Below the pieces are notes generated by a model that did no database searches, was not told the DNA's origin, and saw nothing but the letters and a program-made list of their open reading frames with translations. The position numbers were made by a program, and so were the translations under genes. Of a DNA stretch of 64,000 nt, positions 57,818 to 64,000 are shown piece after piece (the stretch's first letter is position 1; each line of letters begins with the position of its first letter). Source of the stretch: a virus (taxonomy: Duplodnaviria; Caudoviricetes); the IMG/VR virus record IMGVR_UViG_3300037400_001617; one strand, given 5' to 3'.

Positions 57818-60800
57818 ATGAGTATTCATATACATGAGCTTAAACCCTATAAGCTGTATAGCTCTAACAACAAGTTATACTTACCGCTGAATGAAGACTC
57901 TAACAAGAAGGGTAGTGCTGTTATCCTTCTCACCCCTAACCTCGAATCATCTATAGGGATAATCAACTCTAAGACGTTTATCAACAGAGCATGGTTTCAG
58001 TCCTACTATCTTGAGAAGAGTATCAATACTATCCTTACTCAAGAGAACTACATACAGAGCTTTGTAGACTCTACCGATAGATTCCTCGACTATATCTTTG
58101 TAGAGGCTAAGCTCCCCTCTGACAAGAGAAACAAGCTTAACGATAAACAGTTCGGCATTCCTAGTAAGAGGAAGTATCCTCTGAATGATGAAGCCCATGT
58201 ACGTGCTGCAGTGAGGATGTTCAACCATGTACATCCCGAAGACGAGAAGACACTTGCTCGTAACATCGTAAAGGCTATCAAGAAGTATAATATCACTGAT
58301 CTCGAAGTAGGAGAAGGTAATCGCTTCCATAAGTACTACCATCCTATCAAGGAGATGACCTTTGATGACTACGATATCTACTTCTTCAAGGATACCTCTA
58401 CTATCATCAAGGAGTTCAAGGAGTGTGATACTCTCTACACTAAGGAGTATGGTAGAGGTATGACACTCAAGGGAAGCGTAAACGATATTAAGATCCTCGT
58501 GAAAGCATATCACGAGGGCGAGAATGAGCTTGTTGGCTTTATCTACGGTCGTAAGGAATCTGTATCTGGTAAGACTCTTGAGTGTAGTATCTATGTAGAT
58601 CCCAATGAAGAGTATCAGGAGTATTGTACTAATGCTCTCATCTACGGTATGAGAAGTCATATCATGACAAACATGAGGGGAAAGTACGAGTATGCCACAA
58701 TCTACTACGATGAAGATATGACTCAGGTTATGACTCGTATAGCTACAAAGTATAAGACTCTTCTCAAGGGCGAAGCACTTACTGGTATAGACAACAGAAA
58801 GGCTTCAAGAAAGAGTATCAAGCTTGTTCTTAAGGAAGAGACTGTACCTTTTGAAGAGAGCTACAAGGTAGAGAGAGTCAGCGAAGCTGCTATGACAGAG
58901 CTTGGACTTCAGTGTGGTAATCAGCTTATCATATGCGACGATGTCTTCAATGAGGATACTGTTGCTCGTAACAGTGCTAAGCTTAAGCAGATACTCTACC
59001 CAGAGAGAATTCGTAATCAGAAGGATATCACTGCTATCTACAAGGCTGTAAAGAGTCAGTGTCCTTCTATCAAGTTTACATACTTCAACTATCCTGCTTA
59101 TAAGATGAAGAATCTCTATGTAGATACATCTTACTACAACAAGGCATTCTTCGAAAACAAAAACAACACATTCGTTAATGATAAGGCTGTTGACCTTTAC
59201 TATGATCTCATCGCCAGACTGCTCAACAACAAGGCTTTCGTTAACTCTGGTTACAGTAAGAAGACTCTTATCATCCCTGTTATAGACTGGAACAAGAAGA
59301 CTGGAGATGTGCTTGATTATAGGGAGAATATCAATCCTATCTCTATCATGATACGTCTTCTCAGAATCAATAAGGTAAGCAAGCTTCGTACTCTCTTCGG
59401 AGATATGGATACCATCTTCCTTGGTGCTACAGGATACTTCAAGATCAACTTCAAGGACTTCGATAAGAATGTGCTGTCTAAGTTCATGAATAACATCCGT
59501 ACACTCATATCTAAGGCTCCTATAGAGGATGATGAGATGGTTCAGGATACTCCAGATGCTATAGTAACAGATATTGTAGACAAGCTGGAGAAGAGTCAGG
59601 GTATCCAGATGTATGCTCTTACTGGTACAAAGGGTGCTAGCAATAAGGGTTCACTCTCTGGTCTTGCTAATAAGCTGGCTAGACTCCCAGAATCTTCTAA
59701 GGACGAAAAGAAGGAGACTACTCCAAAGCCTGTAGAGAAGAAGGAAGAGCCCAAGAAGACAGAAACTACAGCTAAAACTACTACAAAGACTACAACTCCT
59801 AAGGAAGATAAGGAGAAGGTAGTTCCTAAGGAAGTAGGACCTGCTAAGTCAGACAAGCAGGCTGAATCAGAGGAAACACTTCAGAAGAAGGTTAAGGTTG
59901 CTAAGGCTATAGCCGATGCTGCTTCTACATCAACCTCTACTGATGAAGCTATAGAGAAGCTTAACAATGATGAGTATATAGCTAATCTTATCAAGGACAT
60001 CGCAGACGAAGAGTCTAATGGTATAAAGGTATCTAGTGCTCGTACAGCACGTATCAATACTTTGAATGATAATTTCAAGACTCAGTCTGTAAAGGGTAAG
60101 TCTGTTAAGGAACTCATCGAGAAGTCTCAGGACACAGAACTCGAAGAAGAGCTTCCTAAGACTTCACTCAATATCAACTCTATAAACAAGGATCAGTGGT
60201 CTAATCTTCAGTATATCAACTTCAATAAGGAGTATGATGTAGATGAAGATATCATGGCTATACTCTCATTCTTTGGCACTAGAACTGTACCTGTAGCTGT
60301 AAGAGATGTCAATGTTGAGGATACTTCTACATCGGAAGATCTCATAGAGACATGGACTGCTCATATGGAAGATATTCATGGTACACGTTTCACACTCAAG
60401 TTCGATATCCCTAAGTTCATCAACAATCGTTTCATGAGACTTAGAGGTAACGATAAAGCTATCAATGCTCAGCTCATGAATCTTCCTATCATAAAGACCG
60501 AGAAGGACGTTTGTCAGATCACTACTAACTACAACAAGATCTTCTTCAGAGTATATGGCTCATCACTTGGTAAGAGTAATCTCTATGCCGATAAGATCTG
60601 TAAGACACTCAACAAGCTTGACGGAAAGCATATCAATGTAAAGCTGGGTAACAACTACATCGGCTCACTGAAGTATGATCTTCCTATAGACTATATAGAT
60701 CTTGGTACTACTTACTCTATGCTTTCATATAAGCACTATACATTCTACTTCGACCAGGATGTAATCAGAGAGAAGTATAAAGATAAGCTTGATCTTAAGC

Positions 60801-63118
60801 AGGGTATTCCTATAGGATACGACTCGCTTAAGGGAGAGATCATCTATCACCCCAATACAAACGTTATCTGTACTCAGATGATAGCAGAATACCTCTGCCA
60901 GTGTCCTGAGTTTAAGGCTATCTATGACGAGTGTAAGGCTAGTGTAAGATATTCTTACTCAGATGCTTCTATCATGACTACTACAATCCCTGTAGTTGTA
61001 ATCTGCTGCTATTGTGAGGGACTCACTAAGACCCTCTCCAAGGCTAACGTAGAATACAGAATCAGTGAGACTCGTTCCTATGATAGAAATACAGAGGATA
61101 TCATCAAGTTCTCTGATGCTTATCTTATCTACAAGATTAACTACTCATCATCTATGCTCATGAATGGTCTTAAGGGAGTTCCTACAGACACATACTCTAT
61201 CAAGGATATCAACACTAAGCAGATGTGGACAGAAGCTCTGGATCTGTTTGGAGGACGTATCAAGGCAGACGGTCTGGATAACTTCTATGACCTCATGTTT
61301 GATCCTATCTCTAAGAGAACTTGTGAAGCATATGATATTCCTTCAGACTTCTGTTCTGCTCTTATCTATGCTTCAAACATGCTTGTTGATTCTAAGTACA
61401 ATAAGCATACTGATATCAGAGGTAACAGATTCAGAACTAATGAACTTGTTGCTGGTTACACATACAAGGCTCTCTCTAAGGCATATGCAGAGTATAGAAC
61501 CAGACTCAAGAAAACTGGTAAGGGTAGTATGTCACTTAAGCAGTCTGCTATTATAGACCTCATCCTTCTTGACAATACTACTGGTGATGCATCTACGATC
61601 AATGATCTCTGTTATGCAGAAGCTGCAAACACTGTATCGTTCAAGGGACTCTCTGGTATGAACTCAGAACGTTCTTACTCACTTGATAAGAGAACCTTTG
61701 ATGAGTCTATGAATAGTATACTTGGTATGTCTACTGGATTTGCTGCTACTGTTGGTACCGTTAGACAGACTACGGTTAATGCTAGCATTGCTGGTAAGAG
61801 AGGATATATCAAAGATACTGCTGGTAAGACGGAAATCATGAATGATGTCAATACTATGGCTATGAACGAAGCTCTTGTTCCTGGCTGTACTACACACGAT
61901 GACCCATTCCGACTTGCCATGTCATTCACTCAGAGAACTAAGCACGGTATGCGTGTACAGGGCGGCGATCCTCTACTCGTAACTAACGGTGCAGACGATG
62001 CTCTCGCTAACTTCACACCAGATGTCTTCTCAGTTTGTGCTAAGCAGGACGGTAAGATAGTAGAGAGAACTGATGAGTATATAGTAGTCAAGTATAAAGA
62101 CGGCACTATAGACTATGTAGATCTTCGTAACAAAGTTTACAAGAACTCTGATGGTGGTTTCTATGCATCAGTTAAGCTCAAAGCATCAGACAAGCTTGGC
62201 GGTACTGTAAAGGCTGGTCAGGTAATTGCCTATGATCCTTTAAGTTATGATCAGCATATGGGATACGATGATAATCCTACATACATTCAGGGTGCTCTGC
62301 TTAAGGTAGGTATCATGACTACAGATGAAGGATTCGAAGATTCTACTGCTGTATCTAGTTATGTATGTGAAGCTCTGTCTTCAGACATCATCACACAGGT
62401 TGATATCAATCTCGAGAAGGGAACCAACGTATTCAATCTCGTTAAGGTTGGTCAGCCTATCCAGGAGGGTGATCCTCTGCTCATTATACAGAACTCTTAT
62501 GAAGACGACGATGTCAATACTCTTCTTAAGAACCTTGTAGATGACGAAGAGACAGTAACCTCTCTTGGACGTATACCTATCAAGTCTCATAACACTGGTT
62601 TTGTAGAAGACATCAAGATGTACAGAACCTGCGAAATCTCAGAACTCTCACCATCTCTCCAGAAGATAGTAAAGGAGTATGAGAAGAAGCAGAGTGAGAT
62701 TCGTAAGACTATCGAGAAGTATGATAAGGTAAAGGCTCAGTCCTATACTAACGATCAGAAACTCTCTAACACAGGTAAACTTAAGGGCCTTGAATCTGGT
62801 GTATTGATTGAGATATATGTCAGATACAAGGATGACTTCGCTACAGGTGATAAACTTATCGCTCTGGGCGCTCAAAAGGGTGTATGTAAAGAAGTCTTCC
62901 CCAAGGGTAAAGAACCTAAGTCTGAATACAGACCAGATGAACCAATAGATGTACTCTTCTCCATGAGATCATTCGATGCGCGTATGTGTGCTACTCCTCT
63001 TCTTCACGGTATGGCTAACAAGTTCTTAGTAGAGCTTGACCGTCAAGTTAAGGATATCATGGGAATCAAGCAAGACTACACAGTACATCGTAAGGAGATA
63101 GAAGACAAACTTAAGTAA
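57818..63118 (+). CDS. RNA polymerase beta subunit, large part with long N-terminal extension (probably virion RNAP)
   Basis: DIPK...FMRLRG, DDPFRLAMSFTQ, GFEDS, GDKLIALGAQKGV, PIDVLFS..SFDARM; ends before region I; ATG after GAAAGGAG. Confidence 0.88.
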   Translation: MSIHIHELKPYKLYSSNNKLYLPLNEDSNKKGSAVILLTPNLESSIGIINSKTFINRAWFQSYYLEKSINTILTQENYIQSFVDSTDRFLDYIFVEAKLPSDKRNKLNDKQFGIPSKRKYPLNDEAHVRAAVRMFNHVHPEDEKTLARNIVKAIKKYNITDLEVGEGNRFHKYYHPIKEMTFDDYDIYFFKDTSTIIKEFKECDTLYTKEYGRGMTLKGSVNDIKILVKAYHEGENELVGFIYGRKESVSGKTLECSIYVDPNEEYQEYCTNALIYGMRSHIMTNMRGKYEYATIYYDEDMTQVMTRIATKYKTLLKGEALTGIDNRKASRKSIKLVLKEETVPFEESYKVERVSEAAMTELGLQCGNQLIICDDVFNEDTVARNSAKLKQILYPERIRNQKDITAIYKAVKSQCPSIKFTYFNYPAYKMKNLYVDTSYYNKAFFENKNNTFVNDKAVDLYYDLIARLLNNKAFVNSGYSKKTLIIPVIDWNKKTGDVLDYRENINPISIMIRLLRINKVSKLRTLFGDMDTIFLGATGYFKINFKDFDKNVLSKFMNNIRTLISKAPIEDDEMVQDTPDAIVTDIVDKLEKSQGIQMYALTGTKGASNKGSLSGLANKLARLPESSKDEKKETTPKPVEKKEEPKKTETTAKTTTKTTTPKEDKEKVVPKEVGPAKSDKQAESEETLQKKVKVAKAIADAASTSTSTDEAIEKLNNDEYIANLIKDIADEESNGIKVSSARTARINTLNDNFKTQSVKGKSVKELIEKSQDTELEEELPKTSLNINSINKDQWSNLQYINFNKEYDVDEDIMAILSFFGTRTVPVAVRDVNVEDTSTSEDLIETWTAHMEDIHGTRFTLKFDIPKFINNRFMRLRGNDKAINAQLMNLPIIKTEKDVCQITTNYNKIFFRVYGSSLGKSNLYADKICKTLNKLDGKHINVKLGNNYIGSLKYDLPIDYIDLGTTYSMLSYKHYTFYFDQDVIREKYKDKLDLKQGIPIGYDSLKGEIIYHPNTNVICTQMIAEYLCQCPEFKAIYDECKASVRYSYSDASIMTTTIPVVVICCYCEGLTKTLSKANVEYRISETRSYDRNTEDIIKFSDAYLIYKINYSSSMLMNGLKGVPTDTYSIKDINTKQMWTEALDLFGGRIKADGLDNFYDLMFDPISKRTCEAYDIPSDFCSALIYASNMLVDSKYNKHTDIRGNRFRTNELVAGYTYKALSKAYAEYRTRLKKTGKGSMSLKQSAIIDLILLDNTTGDASTINDLCYAEAANTVSFKGLSGMNSERSYSLDKRTFDESMNSILGMSTGFAATVGTVRQTTVNASIAGKRGYIKDTAGKTEIMNDVNTMAMNEALVPGCTTHDDPFRLAMSFTQRTKHGMRVQGGDPLLVTNGADDALANFTPDVFSVCAKQDGKIVERTDEYIVVKYKDGTIDYVDLRNKVYKNSDGGFYASVKLKASDKLGGTVKAGQVIAYDPLSYDQHMGYDDNPTYIQGALLKVGIMTTDEGFEDSTAVSSYVCEALSSDIITQVDINLEKGTNVFNLVKVGQPIQEGDPLLIIQNSYEDDDVNTLLKNLVDDEETVTSLGRIPIKSHNTGFVEDIKMYRTCEISELSPSLQKIVKEYEKKQSEIRKTIEKYDKVKAQSYTNDQKLSNTGKLKGLESGVLIEIYVRYKDDFATGDKLIALGAQKGVCKEVFPKGKEPKSEYRPDEPIDVLFSMRSFDARMCATPLLHGMANKFLVELDRQVKDIMGIKQDYTVHRKEIEDKLK

Positions 63119-63128
63119 AACACAGCAA

Positions 63129-63157
63129 ATGTGGAGTACCATTACGGTACTCCACAT
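63129..63157. terminator. hairpin between the RNAP gene and the convergent tRNA
   Basis: ATGTGGAGTACC-attac-GGTACTCCACAT, 12-bp stem. Confidence 0.75.
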
Positions 63158-63196
63158 CTGTTTCTCAGAAGGTATATCACATATGACAGTTGCAAT

Positions 63197-63271
63197 TGGT
63201 TGGGGCAGCGGGGATCGAACCCACGGATGACAGAGTCAAAGTCTGTTGCCTTACCGCTTGGCTATGCCCCA
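63197..63271 (-). tRNA. tRNA-Gln (anticodon UUG) with encoded CCA
   Basis: TGGGGCA/TGCCCCA acceptor, AGCCAAGCGGTAAGGC D-arm, ACAGA-CTTTGAC-TCTGT anticodon arm, GTTCGATC T-loop, ACCA. Confidence 0.95.
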
Positions 63272-63371
63272 TTATAATAATGGTTGCCTTCATCATAAAG
63301 AACTAAGTTTCCCCTAGGGTCCCACACCCTAGGGGAGTTCGGTTATCATATATGAAACAAGGAGGATCATT

Positions 63372-63452
63372 ATGATATACATCGAGTATGATGAAGTGGG
63401 ATTCACTCCATACTATATAGTTAACGACAGAGTGGATTACTATACACTCTGA
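63372..63452 (+). CDS. possible 26-aa peptide
   Basis: AAGGAGG SD; MIYIEYDEVGFTPYYIVNDRVDYYTL; overlaps the 3' end of the convergent gene. Confidence 0.4.
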   Translation: MIYIEYDEVGFTPYYIVNDRVDYYTL

Positions 63453-63837
63453 TAAAGGGATTGTAGTATGCTGATGTAAAGGTATTATTACGATACTCTT
63501 CCACTCGCATAGTCTCAGTATCTACTCTTCTTCTAAGAGTTTCCCTATTGCCGCTATACCAGTGTTCCGTAGTGATACCTGTATTAATATTACCATTGAT
63601 CTTATATATAAGATCGCCATACTGATCGTATTGATAGTGACTAAACTCACCGTTAGACTTATAGAATGCAATCTTTCTATACTGATCATCATAAGTGTAC
63701 TTATACTCTATAGGAATCGGCTTGTTGTTCTCGTCTCTTTCGTATACTATGTAGCTAAGCTTGTTGCCATGGTTATCTCGCTTTACATAGTAAGGTTCTC
63801 CAAGACGTGGATTCCTGGGTGGTTTGTTATAGTTCAT
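63421..63837 (-). CDS. YD/RHS-repeat-like small protein
   Basis: RDNHGN, YKYTYDDQ, YQYDQYGD repeats. Confidence 0.6.
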   Translation of the reverse strand: MNYNKPPRNPRLGEPYYVKRDNHGNKLSYIVYERDENNKPIPIEYKYTYDDQYRKIAFYKSNGEFSHYQYDQYGDLIYKINGNINTGITTEHWYSGNRETLRRRVDTETMRVEEYRNNTFTSAYYNPFIRVYSNPLCR

Positions 63838-64000
63838 TGTGATATACCTCTTCTTTCGGCTAGGATTTCAGTAAAAAAAAACGAAGAAACGTATTCTCCT
63901 CTCTCCTCTCTTTATCTATATCGCGTTCTGCGCGTTGTCGGGCTTCTCCCTCTCTCTCTATCGGTTATCTCATCGGTTATCTCCCCTTTCTCTGAGTGTA

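Noticed and set aside
40603-63118. Introns or inteins in the RNAP, ligase or other core genes
   Set aside because: Reading frames are continuous with motifs in normal order; no intein HN-C/S/T junction or homing endonuclease insert was recognised.
1-64000. Alternative genetic code (stop-codon reassignment)
   Set aside because: Conserved genes (RNAP, ligase, topoisomerase, SbcC) are full length in the standard code, and the tRNA-Gln has anticodon UUG, not a suppressor CUA.

Overview
A 64-kb segment of a jumbo bacteriophage genome of the phiKZ/AR9(PBS1)-like type, most likely infecting a Firmicute (strong AAGGAGG Shine-Dalgarno sites throughout). It reads cleanly in the standard genetic code. 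It carries two separately split RNA polymerase beta subunits: an inferred virion set (57818-63118 plus 32961-33680) and an inferred non-virion set (47001-48797 plus 40603-42834). Other recognisable genes: PhuZ/tubulin, RecA/UvsX, DnaB, a Dda/RecD-like helicase, SbcC and SbcD, type IIA topoisomerase B and A subunits, NAD-dependent ligase, a T4 gp21-type prohead protease, a holin, a Myg1-like nuclease, a Dps-like protein, a zincin and a tRNA-Gln(UUG). Two recurring promoter-like motifs are visible: AACA-N6-TA, which matches the AR9 non-virion RNAP promoter consensus, and T(A/G)(T/C)ATA(C/T)(T/C)AT. The most unusual signals are (1) a short 'xx(P/M/N/L)LF(E/K/R)' peptide motif arrayed at a 9-residue period on the RNAP beta tail and the DnaB tail and reused at the termini of several unrelated proteins, a candidate docking or targeting code; (2) a ~117-nt RNA with a tRNA-like acceptor stem and CCA end, bracketed by its own promoter and terminator; (3) a ~196-nt RNA with 6S-like architecture; and (4) further structured intergenic regions. 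All product calls come from recognising motifs by eye; no searches were run.
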